Shown piece by piece: positions 36,655-51,494 of a stretch of 64,000 bases of DNA (positions are counted from its first letter, which is position 1; each line of letters begins with the position of its first letter). The translations under genes and the position numbers were made by a program. The notes beneath the pieces were generated by a model that made no database searches, was not told where the DNA came from, and was given only the letters and a program-made list of their open reading frames with translations. The stretch covers positions 48,298,001 to 48,362,000 of the forward strand of contig NC_091981.1 of the NCBI RefSeq assembly GCF_044704955.1. The letters are read 5' to 3'. The stretch comes from Pristiophorus japonicus. Lineage: Eukaryota.

Positions 36655-37130
36655 AATAATAAATTGTATTTATATAGTACCTAAAACGTACAAAATGTCC
36701 CAAGGCACTCCACAAATAGAATGAGGAAAACTGCTGAGCCAAGAAAGGCGAGATTAGAAAGGATAAACAAAAAATTGATATAAGAGATGGGTTTTAAGGA
36801 AGTTCTTAAAAGAGGCCAAAGGGCATTAAGGAAGTAATTACAGTCAGATCTGGTGGTTGTACAGTCTGCTGCCAATGGGGGCAAAGGAAGGTGTGGGGTG
36901 GGGATGAACTAGTGGTGAGAATTATAGGAACAACGCATTTGGGGGAATATAGGACTGGAGAGGTTACAGAGATAGTGAGGGGTGAAGACATGGGGCATGA
37001 CCAGCTGATGTCGGTTAGTGAGGACAGGGAGTGACGGTCAGCAAGAACGTGGTGCAGCATACAAGCAGTAGAGTTTTGGATAAACTGGAATTTATGGAGG
37101 GTGGACGATGGGAAGCCATCGTCCACCATT
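36655..37130 (-). mobile_element. L2-type LINE 3' fragment
   Basis: TTGTATTTATATAG tail and an LHKFQFIQNSTAC motif. Confidence 0.65.
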
Positions 37131-37584
37131 AGAGTATGGATTTATGTCCAACAGGGGTACTTACCTCTAATGGGTGTGGGTGAACCCTCCACCCCCGTAA
37201 TAAAGGGGCTCCTTCACCTTGGCTGCAGCCCACCTAAGAGAAGGTACTCCAAAGATAAACTATGAGGAAGGCAATGGGAAACCAACTTAGCTACTCTTCC
37301 CTAGTAAGTGGCTCAAGAATCTCATGAGACATGAGTTAGGACCTGCCCTAAGGCAGAACACCATTGGCAGATTATATATGCTTATATCGTCTGGGAGAGC
37401 TGGCTCTTGGCATCCATGAAACTCTTGTCTTGGAGATACCTGATATATACGAGCCCTGCTGCAAGTGAATTGTTCCTTTGAGTGTCTGCTAAAAAAATAT
37501 CAATTCTATATGAGCAACTGATGATTGATATCATTCTTAGATGTAGGTAAGAGTAGACGAGAACATAAGGCATTAGGGTGATGT

Positions 37585-37826
37585 CAGGAAACACTTCTTC
37601 ACAGAAAGGGTAGTGGAATCTGGAATTTTCTCATCCAAAAAGCTGTTGAGGCTAGGTCAATTGAAAATTTCAAAATTGAGATGGATAGGTTTTTGTCAGG
37701 AAATGGTATTAAGGGTCATGGAACCAAGGTGGGTAAATGGAGTTAAGATACAGATCAGCCAAGATCTAATTGAATGGTGGAACAGGCTTAAAGGCTGAAT
37801 GGCCTACTCTTTTTCCTACGTTCCTA
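37585..37826 (+). mobile_element. CR1 3'-end fragment
   Basis: GTAGTGGAATCTGGAAT...TGAATGGCCTACTC tail. Confidence 0.7.
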
Positions 37827-40800
37827 AAAGGCAGAAGGAGCATGAGCTGCAAATATGTAGGGCTCATGACCAAGCAGGCAGAAGGGAATGAAGGAATGTT
37901 AGAAATTAATTCGCCTCAGATTGCCCTTCGTCTTTAAGCAAGTGACTGCTGAACTCACAATCTTGTAAAGGACTGACAGCCTAACTATATCTACTTAAAG
38001 TTGTAGAAGGCAGACTAACAAGTATTAGACCATGATGGGTCTGTATTATAAAAAACTAGTAAAAAAAATTGCATTAAGTAGAAAACTCAATCCATTTATT
38101 CAAGTGAAGCCATTTCAAATTGATTTTGCATATGACATGCTGAAGTGTTGTCTGAGATATGTTTTTTCTATCAGCCTAATTTAACCTTTGTTTTTAAAAG
38201 TACTTACAAAGATTGTTTTAAAGTATATGTATCTAAACTTGCAATTGTAACTATTTGTAAGGAGTGATCACCAGGAAGGCAGGTAGGAGCCGCTGTTGTC
38301 TGGCAGTGTGCCTGGCAATTGGCAGGAAAGCTGACAAGACGTTGTAGAAAAAGACCAGGCAGATAAGGATGGGGTGTCTGTTGATCAATTATACTTTGGT
38401 TACTGGTTTGACACCAGTGCAAGCACTGAATTATACTGATGGTTCCACACTGTTCTAAGTCAAGCAATATGGAGCTCTGTACGTGTGCATTTACGCACTT
38501 TCAAAGAACTCCACTCACTGACACAAAAGCCAAGTATAATTGCTAATGTTAATGAAGAGTCGACAGTCCATTCTTTGCTGAGACTAAAAAGTTTAAACAT
38601 AAAATTTAAGCTATTTGTTGCCAATTGATTAATTTTCAGTTTGTAGCCCATTTGAAGCCGAAATGGCACTAGACCATCCCCTTGAGGTAGACTTACTTCT
38701 TCCGTTAAACTGCATTGCTTCAGTTATATTGCAAATGCTGCATCAAGTTAGCACAGAACATGCAGTATAACTGGCCCATGTGTGTCTTGGTATCTGAACC
38801 ATTCACTGTAAATGAAAGCCAAATGTGGTTACTGACCATCTGACAAAAGGTCCCCTGACCAAATTAGGCATGATCCAAGACAGGTGTTGCTTATTTTTAA
38901 ACATATTGAAACATGAGCCATTTTGCTCAAACTATGCTGCAAGGACTGAAACAGAGGATCTAAATTTACTCCACTGTATTCAATTGGTCATATAATGTTA
39001 AGCTTGGAATGCCACTTACAGATGTGATTTCATTACAATCTGGAGACCATTCACCATTTTACCAATAGCTATTAGCCTTGAAATATCAAAATCACAATTC
39101 AATATTGAATTTTCAGTGACATCCTTTATTGCTGCCAAAGTACAATAATCTCAGCATTGCTGGCCATTGAAAAACTCGAGAAATACTGCAAGCAATCCAA
39201 ACCAATCTTTAATTGAGCATATCCACGGGAGATCAATTAGTCCGGTTTTAAAGATTTTATAAGTTTGTGGTTCTGCATAATGCATGCAGTCCCGTTAGTC
39301 AATCACTAACACCAAATACAATTGGCTATTGTAGACTGCTTTGCCAGTCTATAGAACTTAAGGCCAGAAGTTGCCACCCACAACTAGGTAACATTTTTTC
39401 TCAAGCTCAGGAACTATGAACTCATTGACGGGCTTTAATAACCCATATTTTCTAGAGGACAGTGGCTACTACCCAGACAGATTATCCCCTCCTTTCCTGA
39501 AGGTGCTGGCATCTCTTTAGAGTACCCAAGCCACCATTCTTTAAGCATGGGCCTAGATGTTAATAGGTTATTCAGCTACAACAGCATCACATACTCCCTT
39601 GCACAAAGGCAAACTATGGCACCTTACCCCAGCCCTAGCTGAAATCAGCACTCATAATTCTGGCTTACCATATTAAGTATATTTATCTACTGAGCTATCA
39701 GAAAGCCAAGGGTCTTAACTTAGTTCAGAATGTTGCATCTTCCTTAAAGGGGCAGTTGTCATTCTGATCTTATCTAACCTTCTGAAAAGTGTTCCTCCCC
39801 ACTCCCTTTAACCCACCATTGACAGCTTCACCTAGCTCCAATCTCTAGAATTCCCCCTAAATCTCTCTGCCTCCCTTAGATGAGTAGGAGAGCGAGGTCC
39901 AAGTAGAATGGAGAGGTTGACGACAGAAAAGGGTCGTGAGGTGGAAGGCCTCTTTACCAAAAAAAGTAGGCAGAGATAAAGGCAGCAGATGAGCTCAGCA
40001 TCACATCAAGATAGGTTCATAAGATGAAACAAAAGACAAATAATTTGGTGTCAGATAGGACTGTAAAAATAGTGCAAGGGGCGAGAATAGAGAGAGGTAA
40101 TCAAAAGAGAAAAAAAAGAGAAGGGCAACTAAGAGTTAAGATCATGGGATACATGGAAAAAGGTTTAATGCACCGGTTGAGACAAAGGATGAGGTTGAAT
40201 TGAATTGGTATTGGTTTGCATTGTGATGGCTTGTACAGGTAAACAAGGCACCAGTGTTTACACAAGATCTCAAACAGTAGTGAGCTGAATGAGCAATTAT
40301 TTATGTTTAAGGTGTTGGTTGAGGAAAATTACCTAAGACACAAGAATTCCCTGCTTATCTTTAAAGTGTCATGAATTCTTCAACTGAACCACTAAACAGT
40401 TACCACATTCAATTTAACATACCATCCCAAAGAATGGTATTTTTGATGCAGCACTCACTGCTTATGAAACTAGAATGCCAGCCTAGTTTATATGCCTAAG
40501 TGAGGCTTAAATAATCTTTTAACTAAAGTGCTACTAACTGAGTCAAGCTGACCAACACTAGCTATTTTATCTAAACCATTCATCCAAGTGGCAACAAACC
40601 AAAAACAAACCAATTCCTTGCAACTGTTTTAAGAAATTAAGTAATGACTTGGGATATCAAATGCAATTTTGAACAGCAGCATTTCTGATGAAAACAAATG
40701 CTGGAAATATGAAACTAAAAGTCCTGGAAATGCAGCCAGCTTGCCACCTTCTCTATCATATTTATGTTTGATCATTTCACACCATTTGCAAATTAATTTT

Positions 40801-41136
40801 CCCTTTCAACATCACATGGCCTCACTGCCCATCTTGTCAAAGTTTTCTATTAAGCAATTTGAAAGCCATCTCATTACATGATTGGCACAGCTGAATTCTC
40901 TCCCTTCCCTTCATATACAGTTGGAAGCCATTTATCCCAATTACCTTTTCAGTGCAGCTGGGTCAGTTCCTATGCCATGTACAATTTAGTTCAGCACATC
41001 TCTGAACAGAGGCATTTCCTCAACTGGACTTCTATAGTTGGGAACTTTACTATCTAAAAGGTTTGTTTAACTAGAGAACTGACGATCACATTGCATGGTA
41101 GGTAGTAAATAACACAGTCCACCAATTAGGAAACCA

Positions 41137-41142
41137 TTTAAT
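41137..41142 (-). terminator. Candidate GMNN polyadenylation signal ATTAAA
   Basis: About 400 nt downstream of the stop codon, after an AU-rich UTR. Position only; no transcript evidence. Confidence 0.4.
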
Positions 41143-41546
41143 ATCAAACATCACAATGGAGAAAAATTTTTACAAAAAGTAAATTACACAAAATGGTGTA
41201 TACACTAAAATGACAACTAAAAGCATAAATTCTTAAATATACAAACTCCCTGGAATGCATTCAGATACCAAAAGGACAGATTTAGTAACCTTGTCCATCA
41301 AGTTTGAGCTACCCATTAGTTCCTTACATAATTGCATGTATAGAATATTCCTTATCAAATTATGCATGGAACAAAATTCCACAAGACCGCTCATACACTA
41401 GACATGACAAGGATGGCAGTTTATACAATTGGCAGTCATTGTTTGTTGCAGCATCACAAGGTTTTTTCAGAAAACTATGCAGGGGAAATAAGTCTCCCTC
41501 CCCTTTGGTGTGTCAGCAGCTTTAAGTAGTCTAGAATATGATCAAT

Positions 41547-41678
41547 CTAATCTTCCTCATCAGACCCGATCTCAGCACTCTCATCGTGAGATTCATCTTC
41601 CGCAGCTTGTGCAGTCACCTTGGTCGACTCAGCTTCCTGCTCAGCTTTGAACTCATCAGCGCACTGTCCAGTTAGCTT
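41547..41678 (-). CDS. GMNN: Geminin last coding exon (acidic tail)
   Basis: AG acceptor; KLTGQCADEF...GSDEED then TAG; phase 0 with the previous exon. Confidence 0.88.
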   Translation of the reverse strand, partial: KLTGQCADEFKAEQEAESTKVTAQAAEDESHDESAEIGSDEED

Positions 41679-42711
41679 CTGTTTAAAGTTATATAGAAAA
41701 AGTTAACCAGAATAAGCAAGCACTCAAGACTTTGTTTATTAAACACAAAGGAATGCATCCATTATATTTGTAACTTCAAATAGTGATTATGGTTATAGAA
41801 ACTTGCTACAAATACCCAGGACAGAGTCAACTCTAGCACAGGACAAAATGACATTCCAGAGCAAATTTATTTTGTTTGCAGTCTTGCACTTATTGGGACG
41901 GTGTGCAGTGTGCATCAAACTCAAGTCATAAATTCCCTTGCATCTAAATACAGAACCTGCAATTAGTTACATGATGCCAAACTGAGGAAAAATATCAGTA
42001 GGTACTGGGTGATGCAGTCAACAAGACTTTGGCCTTTCACCTCAAGTCCAATCTAGTTTAGATTACATCAATGGAATGAATAATCTCCCATCTGTTGGCT
42101 TTTCAGGTCTTATGAGAAATCCACTTTGATCAATGTGGACAAAGTTGATCTAGTTGCAAGTAGAACTAGTTTGTTAAACTCGTGTATTACAACAGTGACT
42201 ACACCAAGTACTTCGTTATACAGCACTTTGGGACACTGATGTCATGAAAAGGGCTATATAAATGCAAGTTTTTTCCCCACTTTTCAAGAGACCCACTGAA
42301 TGGCTGGTGTAGGAAATGGGAAATTGTCACCTCATGCAGAGTGGAAAGCTTTATTCTGCACCATGCTATGTGACCTTGGAGTGCTTGTTCCCAACACTAG
42401 ATGTGTGAAATCAAAGTATTCCATTCCTTAGCAAAGAATTATTCCCATAGAATATGAAATTAACCCATCAAAACAAAGTATAGCTGTGGACAGGAAAAAA
42501 ATATTGTATTTGAAACAAGTTAGAGACAAAGCAGTTCAGTCGGTACAAGTTCAATTCCAACCATGACCATGTTTACACTCATGTACTTCAGGTAGGAAGT
42601 GGAAACTAGTTCTAAATTCTTCTCTTCACTATGAATTAAGGGATACTCTTGGCCATGGAGAGAACAAAGAGCAGTAACTGAATCACCACCTTTCTCAGGA
42701 AGTCTTCTCAC

Positions 42712-42822
42712 CTCAATCACATCAGCCATGTACTGCACATGCTCTGCTAACTCAGCTAGCTCTTGGTTCTCTTTCTGTAACTTGGAAATGTCTTCATCTT
42801 TATGTTCAATTTCTTTGTGTAA
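42712..42822 (-). CDS. GMNN: Geminin coding exon 5 (coiled coil)
   Basis: [37 protein letters not shown] with AG/GT boundaries; closely resembles the human geminin coiled coil. Confidence 0.96.
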
Positions 42823-42919
42823 CTGTAGGGGAAAGTTCAAAAGGTCACATTTCAAACATTCCCAAATTTTAGCATTAATTTGAAATGGCTGACTGCACAA
42901 AACACACAAGAGCACGCAC

Positions 42920-43002
42920 TCTTTCATTTTCTTGTAGAACCTGGAACAGCGCTTTTCTTCGCTCTTCTGCCAACTCCTTCCAGTATGTGGAACTTGGATT
43001 AG
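42920..43002 (-). CDS. GMNN: Geminin coding exon 4 (Cdt1-binding region, start of coiled coil)
   Basis: [27 protein letters not shown] with AG/GT boundaries; 83 nt, phase consistent. Confidence 0.96.
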
Positions 43003-43117
43003 CTGTAAAGAATTGACAGACCTCAGGTTAAACTAGAATTTATTTTACCATGCAACATGTTAAAATTTCTGGAAGTCTGATTTTCAAATGCTGTAAAACC
43101 AGATTAACACTACTTAC

Positions 43118-43277
43118 CTTTAACTAGAAGTTGATAAGCTTCTTTTGTCATCTTTTGACTTTCTGAATTCTCATTACTGCATTCTGTGCTGTCTTGAACA
43201 ATTTGTGCACGTGATTTCTTGCAGCTCTTTGGTTGATCATCATTCCAGTGTTTTCTTTTAGGAGTCTGCTTGTGGGA
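43118..43277 (-). CDS. GMNN: Geminin coding exon 3
   Basis: SHKQTPKRKHWNDD...TKEAYQLLVK with a basic NLS-like motif; 160 nt, AG/GT boundaries. Confidence 0.92.
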
Positions 43278-44196
43278 CTGCAAGAGGAATGCAAATGATC
43301 ACCTTGTATCCAGTGTTTTTGCTTTTAAAGATATAGATATCATATGGCAACAAAGATAATCAAAACAAATTACATGAATCATTCTTGAATGTGTTGAAAC
43401 TGCTATAACACATGCACAATTTGCACCACTTTAACAAAGTCTTCGAGGGATGGAGGTTAAGGTGGCAAAAGATCCTAATGTTTATGAAAAATTCTCATTC
43501 TCTGCTGTGTGCTAATTTTCTCTAGCATGTAATTAACAAGGGTAGAGTGACTATTTCCAGGGCAGCATAAAATGCTGGTTAAAAAAAGTTATGAATGCCT
43601 CAATACAGCCATGTAGTTTTCAGAAATAACATCCCAACATGCAATGTCATCATTAGTCACATACTTAAACAACCATGACTTGTTAAACAGCTCCCACTCC
43701 AACAATCCCTACTGAAAGTACACTTGTCAGTACTGGATAAGGACAAGAGTGTTCTGGGCATCCTCCATGATTGAATAGCTACTGTTGCTATGCTCACTCA
43801 TTATTGGAGAGCCATTAGCACTGTGGAACCACATCCTTGCATGAGAAAATCAGCAGAGATTTTTTTTGTTTGTTTTTATTTTTATTTTTTTAAAAGTGTG
43901 CCATCAGGTTGCAGAAGTGACATTTTGTCTCAAGACTAAGCGAACATATTGCTATCAAGTCTTAAACATACTTTCTACATCACCCCTTTCAATCTGGGCA
44001 AACCTCCAATTTAAAAACAAACAGCTGATAGAATACAAAACCTCCGATCAAAAGTTTCCCTTTAATTCAGCCAGCCAAAGTTCAAATTATTTTACACTAT
44101 TAAAAGCAAATGACAATAATCAAACCCAGCAGTTAATTAGACAAACTTGAATTAGTACTCACTGCTATCAAGTGGGGGAACTTGCATATGATTTAC

Positions 44197-44301
44197 CTCA
44201 TTTAGCCTGCCAACAAGTTGATTTGAAGTAGCAAGCGGTTGAATTACTTGTAAAGTTCGTCTCAGTGTAGTGTTACTCGTAACTTCGCTGGTAAAGAAGC
44301 T
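44197..44301 (-). CDS. GMNN: Geminin coding exon 2 (destruction box)
   Basis: SFFTSEVTSNTTLRRTLQVIQPLATSNQLVGRLNE; the D-box RRTLQVIQP compares with human RRTLKMIQP. Confidence 0.93.
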
Positions 44302-45835
44302 CTAATGTAGATGGAAAAAAAGAACGCATTCAAATGTTTGTTTATTAAGCTTAAACAGGTAGTTTAGTATGGTATTTCAAATATAGACAATGCTGACTAA
44401 AACTTTCAGCTGTTTTGAACAAATGCAACCGCTCTTGTAAAATTTCCTTCCCCTTCTTGCCAGTAATGTGAACCCCAACAATGGACTGGAAACTTCAGTC
44501 AGAAGCAAAGCGACAGCGATTGCCACTGACCTCAAAGAAAACAGCCAAGATCACAAGATCTCTGGTGAAAATTTTTAGCTTTCTCAACCTTAATTTCATC
44601 CCCAGGTGTACATTAGCAGTGATATCAAGGTATCCAACCAGCCAATCACACTGAAGAATCTCAGACAGCAAACCAGGAAATATAAAGCAATCAATTCACT
44701 CTTAAATTTTTTTTTTTTTTTAATACCTATTGATTTCATAATGGTCCAATTTGATATTACATAAATAAGTTAGTTTTTCAGGGCTAGGCCTGCAGTTCAG
44801 CAGTCAATATGCCATAAAATCCCCTGGTTATATCTATTCCAACAAGGCTCAACTTTTTAATGGGGCGATTAACAGTGATCAGAGTGGAAAGTTTGTACGC
44901 TCATGATTGTATGGATTTCTTGCCAAGGGGTGTTCCACAGTGCAGTCTGTGGCAGAGTAAGGAATGACTGACCACAACTTCAGGATTTCTGCATTTATCT
45001 GCTTATGCATCAAATCCTGAAGTTAGTCAGTTTCAGAAGGGTAATGACTGAACACCTACAGTTTCTCATTGGCCTGGATTTTGCACTGGTGGCAATGATT
45101 ATTATTGACAAGTACAATTCTGTTATTGCTTGACATCCAAAAATGCCCACTTCCCAGTCAGGGAAGGGGAAAGAACAGACGATTAAAATGAGCGCCAATT
45201 GCCAATACATTACTTAATATTTTAACAAGAACAAAAACTTGTATCGATATAGAACCTTTCATAGCTCAGGAAGTACTGCAGAGCCAATGTTTTGTAAGCA
45301 AATGGGTCAGCCAATTTGCATACAAGGCCCTCGAACCAAAAAAATTATAAAACCAGCTATGGTCGTGCTGATGCTTTACTTTAGATATCCTTACAGGAAC
45401 AGGCCATCCTGCCCAACTGGTCTATGCCAGCGGTTATGCTCCACACAAGCCTCCCCTCACCCTACCCACACTTTATTTCTTTCTGCCTCTGATGTACATC
45501 CAGCTTCCTTTAAAAACACAGCTATGCTATTTACCTCAACTGCTCCTTGTGGTAGTGTTCCACATTCTTACTACTTCCTGGGTAAAGAAGTTTCTCCTGA
45601 ATTCCCTATTGAATTTATTAATGACTATATTGGTTGGAGTTAGTTTAATTCTGGACACAGGTGGTGTTATAAAGTACACCGGTCACTGTGGCATTTTTCC
45701 GATTGGACAGAAGAAAGCAAAACCAAAGAGAAAACCAGCTTCAGCAGAGAAGCCAGACATCCATTTTAGCTTACACTGTCTGAAGTTTGTGATTAAAAAT
45801 GAACCTCCTGCTGTACTAAACCTTCCCAGAAGTAC

Positions 45836-46722
45836 CATAGAAACATAGAAAATAGGTGCAGGAGTAGGCCATTCGGCCCTTCTAGCCTGCACCGCCATTT
45901 AATGAGTTCATGGCTGAACATGCAACTTCAGTACCCCATTCCTGCTTTCTCGCCATACCCCTTGATCCCCCTAGTAGTAAGGACCTCATCTAACTCCTTT
46001 TTGAATATATTTAGTGAATTGGCCTCAACAACTTTCTGTGGTAGAGAATTCCACAGGTTCACCACTCTCTGGGTGAAGAGGTTCCTCCGCATCTCGGTCC
46101 TAAATGGCTTACCCCTTATCCTTAGACTGTGACCTCTGGTTCTGGACTTCCCCAACATTGGGAACATTCTTCCTGCATCTAACCTGTCTAACCCCGTCAG
46201 AATTTTAAATGTTTCTATGAGGTCCCCTCTCATTCTTCTGAACTCCAGTGAATACAAGCCCAGTTGATCCAGTCTTTCTTGATAGGTCAGTCCCGCCATC
46301 CCCGGGAATCAGTCTGGTGAACCTTCGCTGCACTCCCTCAATAGCAAGAATGTCCTTCCTCAGGTTAGGAGACCAAAACTGTACACAATACTCCAGGTGT
46401 GGCCTCACCAAGGCCCTGTACAACTGTAGCAACACCTCCCTGCCCTTGTACTCAAATCCCCTCGCTATGAAGGCCAACATGCCATTTGCTTTCTTAACCG
46501 CCTGCTGCACCTGCATGCCAACCTCCAATAACTGATGTACCATGACACCCAGGTCTCTTTGCACCTCCCCTTTTCCTAATCTGTCACCATTCAGATAATA
46601 GTCTGTCTCTCTGTTACCACCAAAGTGGATAACCTCACATTTATCCACATTATACTTCATCTGCCATGCATTTGCCCACTCACCTAACCTATCCAAGTCG
46701 CTCTGCAGCCTCACAGCATCCT
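45836..46722 (-). mobile_element. CR1 3' fragment in a GMNN intron
   Basis: ORFs 46205-46714 and 45928-46299 encode the CR1 RT C-terminus; (TTTCTATG)n tail. Confidence 0.92.
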
Positions 46723-49029
46723 GATGTTAGTAAGTAACTTCTCATCCAAATTGTTCTGAAATTGTTGTATTTGTATGATGTACAGAAAGATAAGTAACTT
46801 CTCTTGATTACTGCTTGTATTTGATTGTTAATACTGAATTACAAGAATGTTAGATCTGTCTTAATTTAACAGTTTTCACACTACATTATTAAAGGATTTG
46901 GATTCTGAAGCTCTGACCGTTGGCCATATTTCTTGGTGTAGTGTTGAAGCTAACTGGAGAATCAGAGCTATGCTTGAGTTATGCTATGCTCTGACTGAAA
47001 CCAGTACAGTGACGATCATACATCTATAACCTCTACTCTCAAAAGGCAAACATTAGAAATGTTCTAGATTGGTGACATGTAAATTGCAGTACCAATGCAC
47101 AGCATTGAAGGGACCTTAATTTTGCAGTACTGAAAGTACCTCAGCCCAATCACTCATGACAGAGCCTGGTTCAGCCAGCATGCAGGAAAGAAAGAATAAA
47201 AGGAATGAAACCGGGCATGTAGCCATTATGCTATTGATCAATCTTGGTCAAGGCATCTTCCCGTGAAAGACTCAGGAGCAGGGTACACCCACACCACACT
47301 TTTTGGCATTCATCTAATGATGCGCTAACAGGCCCCAGGTACAACTTCAGTCAGTGCCACCCAAATACTCTGATCAGTGCAACATAATGGACTTGACATT
47401 AAATGAATTTGAAGCTTTAATATTAAGCTACTTTTTCAGTATAAATATTTCAAAGTTACCAAATGCACACTCAAAACATCTGAAAATTTGAGTAAGCAAT
47501 TAGTATAGCGAATTCAGTAATACGACCACTTTACAAGAACTGCATTACAGGCTCAGATTCATAAACCCATAGCAAAGTGGCAACTACAGTGATTCAGATG
47601 GATTTAAACCTTAAAATATAAAACTATAAAATGGGAATTGGGCTTTTTCTGCTCTACATAATTTTACATTGAATTTATAGTACAGAAACAGGCCAATCAG
47701 CCCAACTGTTCTATGCTCCACAGGAGCCTCCTCCCATCAGACTTCATCTCACCCTTCTATTCCTGCCTCATGTTTATTTAGATTTTCCTAGAGTCTCTGT
47801 AGATTAATAAAGTCAACTCCCAACTTTGCAAGGCAGGTCCTTTGATTTACAAAATAAATGTTTTCACTCAGACCACAAGATCCTCATCATGCAACAGTCA
47901 TTATTGGCATGATTCCAACTAAAATAATTTGCCATTAGTTTAGAATTGTAAGTTTTCATAACAGGTACACTAATGTTCCATTGTAACCGTTAAATCTGAA
48001 AAGTAGTTCCTTCAACCGTGTAACTTTGGGTGGTGACAAGATTCCTATAAACAGAAAAAATGATGACCTCCTAGTTCTAACACTGACCACTGATTATTAA
48101 AAATCACTCAAATCCTCTAAGTCACAGCACCATATGGTCTTAAAATACCATAAGCAATATGGTCTTTTACTTAACTCAAATCAACTACATTTCACCAATC
48201 CAAGTGTAACTTGCCATTTTAAAATGATCTTCAGATCAGCTGAACACAAACTTGATTTTACTGGTCTGAGCTACACACTTCAAACACACTAGCCCCAACA
48301 ATTGAAGAAGCTATTGTGCTCTGCACTGGAGCACTGGTTTATCACTTTACCTGACCTCCGTACAAATGGCTTTTATTTACTAAAAGTTGGAATCCATTCA
48401 TTTTTCCTAATGATTAATTAAACTTCCACCATAAAACAGCAAACAAAGGTAGATTAAAGGCATGATTAGGAATGATGCAAGTTGTATTCATGCATTACAG
48501 TGGAAGCGTGGGAAAATAATTTATACTGTACTGTGTACGTGTAGCAATAGAATTCCCACGGTAAAGTTATTTCACTACAGATTATGACTCCTGTGGTGTA
48601 GGACACACCTTACCAAGCGTGGGAAAGTGCTACACAATAGGTTGTAGACATCATTAAAGATTAAACCTTACAGATTAGTTATTTTTCCCAAGGTGAATAT
48701 ATGCCAACAAATGCTGCTTCAGCAGTTAACCCATCACTTATAAAACCATACCTGGAGTACAATAACCTTAGAGCAGTACATATTTTGTTAGTTTTGTACA
48801 CATTATGCTAGGTTGACTTTTTAAAAGAGGTTGCATTTAATTCTTTATTGCAAAATCTGAATTTAACTATGACAACATTTCAGGTGAATTAAAATCCAAT
48901 TCATTAATATTGATTGAACATTGCTTCTGAACTGCAAACCAGATAAGTTTTCCCATAAACCAGCCTGCCTTGCATAAATCTATTCAAAATAATTTAAGAT
49001 AGTGCTCTTGATGGAAATGCTGGACTTAC

Positions 49030-49086
49030 CTTTATGGTTGGTGTGGGTTTATCAGCATCAAATCTGTGTTTCATATTCGTGGTCAT
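49030..49086 (-). CDS. GMNN: Geminin first coding exon
   Basis: Acceptor at 49093/49092, MTTNMKHRFDADKPTPTIK, then GTAAGT donor; phase 0. The assembled protein is 215 aa. Confidence 0.8.
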
Positions 49087-51494
49087 TGTTAGCTGGGAAG
49101 GTGGGGTGGAGGAAAGAAGAAACCAAGTCAGTAAAAAAAAAACTGTAAAAGAACAGGAAAATGTACCAACTGCTTTTGCCTTCCATATATTTTTTTTAAA
49201 TCTTATTCCCTCCTTCCATGACAAACAGTACATACAGGATGGCTGGCCCCTTTTATGTGTAGCATTTCCACAGTCAGATGCCAAAACATCTGCATTGAGC
49301 CTCAACTCCCAGAGCCACCCCATCTCTTTCAGTAAAGCAGGAGGGGTGCAGAGAGCCGAGGCGAAACAAAGCTTTTCAATACTCAGCCTCACTGACATGA
49401 TAAAATCACATGAGAAGCCAAAAATAAGAATTTTGAGAGAGGAGATTAGCAGTCTTGCTCCCTCCCCCTTAAAAAAATGATACAGCTTCTACATCCTGCT
49501 GCATGGATGTATTCTTTCAAGTATGTTCATAATCTTAAGCACACTTTAGGCTATTCACTCATCTTGTGAATGTTATGCTTTCAAAGAGGCCACAGTCCCT
49601 TTGCTGTTTTAACTTTATGGCAAAATTACAGGTGAATTGATAATTGTACATCATAATCAGAACCACCAAAATTGCAGCAATTACAAATATGGAAGTAAGC
49701 TTGCTAAAACAGACAAGATTTTGAAGAACAAACATTCACCTATACAGGCACTCATCATTCCACATGTTTACAAAAATACATAGCTATATTAAACAGGGTC
49801 TTGAATAGAAGGGGTAAACAAAACATTTATTTTACAGCTCACTAGGTGTAGAACTTGTCACCTACCCATTAAAGGGGTTATAATACAAAATCAAGGTAAA
49901 ACAGATATGCCAATTACATTTCCACATATTTTTGCAAGACCACACTGATGCACAATTATTTGGACTCATTGAAGGGCTCATCTGTGCATGGAAACAAGTT
50001 TTCCAAAACAAACAAGAAGTTGAGGAATGACCATTCAGTTTAAGCACACTTGGTAATCATCCCCCAGGTTTACAGGTTCAATACACCAATTTAAGGGAGA
50101 CAAAACAGTGGGTTAGAACACTGCCCTTTCACTGCCCAGACCTGGGTTTGAACTCAGCCCAGGCTAATGAATAGAAGGATCCCAAAAATTGCCTTGGGCA
50201 ATCTCAAGCCAGGTGCTAGTGACTGAAGTTCAGAGCACAGATCTACTGCAATTTGACACTAATTACTTAGCTTTTCAGGAAGCCTACTAGAATGGCTGGC
50301 ATGAGCTGAAATGTCACACTGGTCACAGAAATTAAGCACTGATGTAGAGGTACAGCATATTGTTTAGACAGAATAGAAGCAGCTTTGTCCCCCATCACAT
50401 TGCTAGCTGTAGTTGATGTACAAGGACACAAATTGGAAGATGTTCCAGTTCACAGCACCAACATACTTCACCTTCGTGAGCATGAAAAGAAAAGTTAATT
50501 TTAAAAAAAAAAATATCAGTAGACCAATGTTTTGGAACTGATGGTATGCCAGGACCTGCACAGTAGAATATTCACCATTTGGAGGGAAGGGCTTCTTTAT
50601 TAAAGAGGGAAAATCGGAAACAAAGCAGTAGTTGTTGACTAGTAGCAGGTTTCTTACACTACAATCTGCTCGGAGAAAATTTCCACATGACAAAAAAGCT
50701 AACTTGGTCTTAGAACGTGTACTAAATTTAAGATCTTTCATTTCATATTTTGCAAGAATGCGTTCTGCATAAATAGCCATTTTGTAAAAAGGGGTGGATA
50801 GAGAGCATGACAACTGACCACACATTTTTCTCTCAGCTCCAGAAGCAACTTTCCAAAGAAAACTCCAGGGAAGATTTTCAACCCATCTGATTCCAACATC
50901 TTGTGTACCCCTCAGGTCACATTTATCTACCGTCCGTACAAATCCACATTATTTGGAGGGATGATTCAGAAACGATATTCATCTCATTTGTTCCACACCA
51001 ACCAAAAGAAAAAGCCGTAACGTACATAAAATGCCGTTTCAACTATTAAGTGGTTCATAAAGCGTGTACAGAATAATGCTTTACATTCAAGACGGCAACA
51101 TCCAGACAGATTACAAGCACTGTGAGCACAAGTGTCACGACCCGATGTAACGTGCACTCGAGCATAAGCGATCAATCGCAGAGTCAGGGAGCGGGTCACA
51201 CGAGTAGTAACCCCAAATTATTAGGTACCACCATACTGCCCGGATTATGCGGTTTTACTGTCGCTTCAGCCAATGCAAAAAAAAAACTCACTGAAAAGGA
51301 AACAAAACTCGCAGACTCCAATCCACGATCCCGGGCAGCGATACCAGAGCCGAGGTTGCCCCACCACCGGGGTCACACACACAGTCCGGCATAGGCTCGG
51401 CCAGGCCCGGAAGGGGTCTGACTACGCCATGGACCCGCTGGGAATGGGCACCTCTATATTTTCTTTAAATCACAAAACAGTCTAGCTGACTCAC

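Noticed and set aside
34500-41000. Possible exons of a neighbouring gene downstream of GMNN
   Set aside because: I could not find spliceable ORFs with recognisable similarity by eye; a tBLASTn or RNA-seq check is needed.
42520-42927. 135-aa single ORF as the geminin protein
   Set aside because: Only 42712-42822 (plus the last 8 nt of exon 4) is exonic; the rest is intron read-through.
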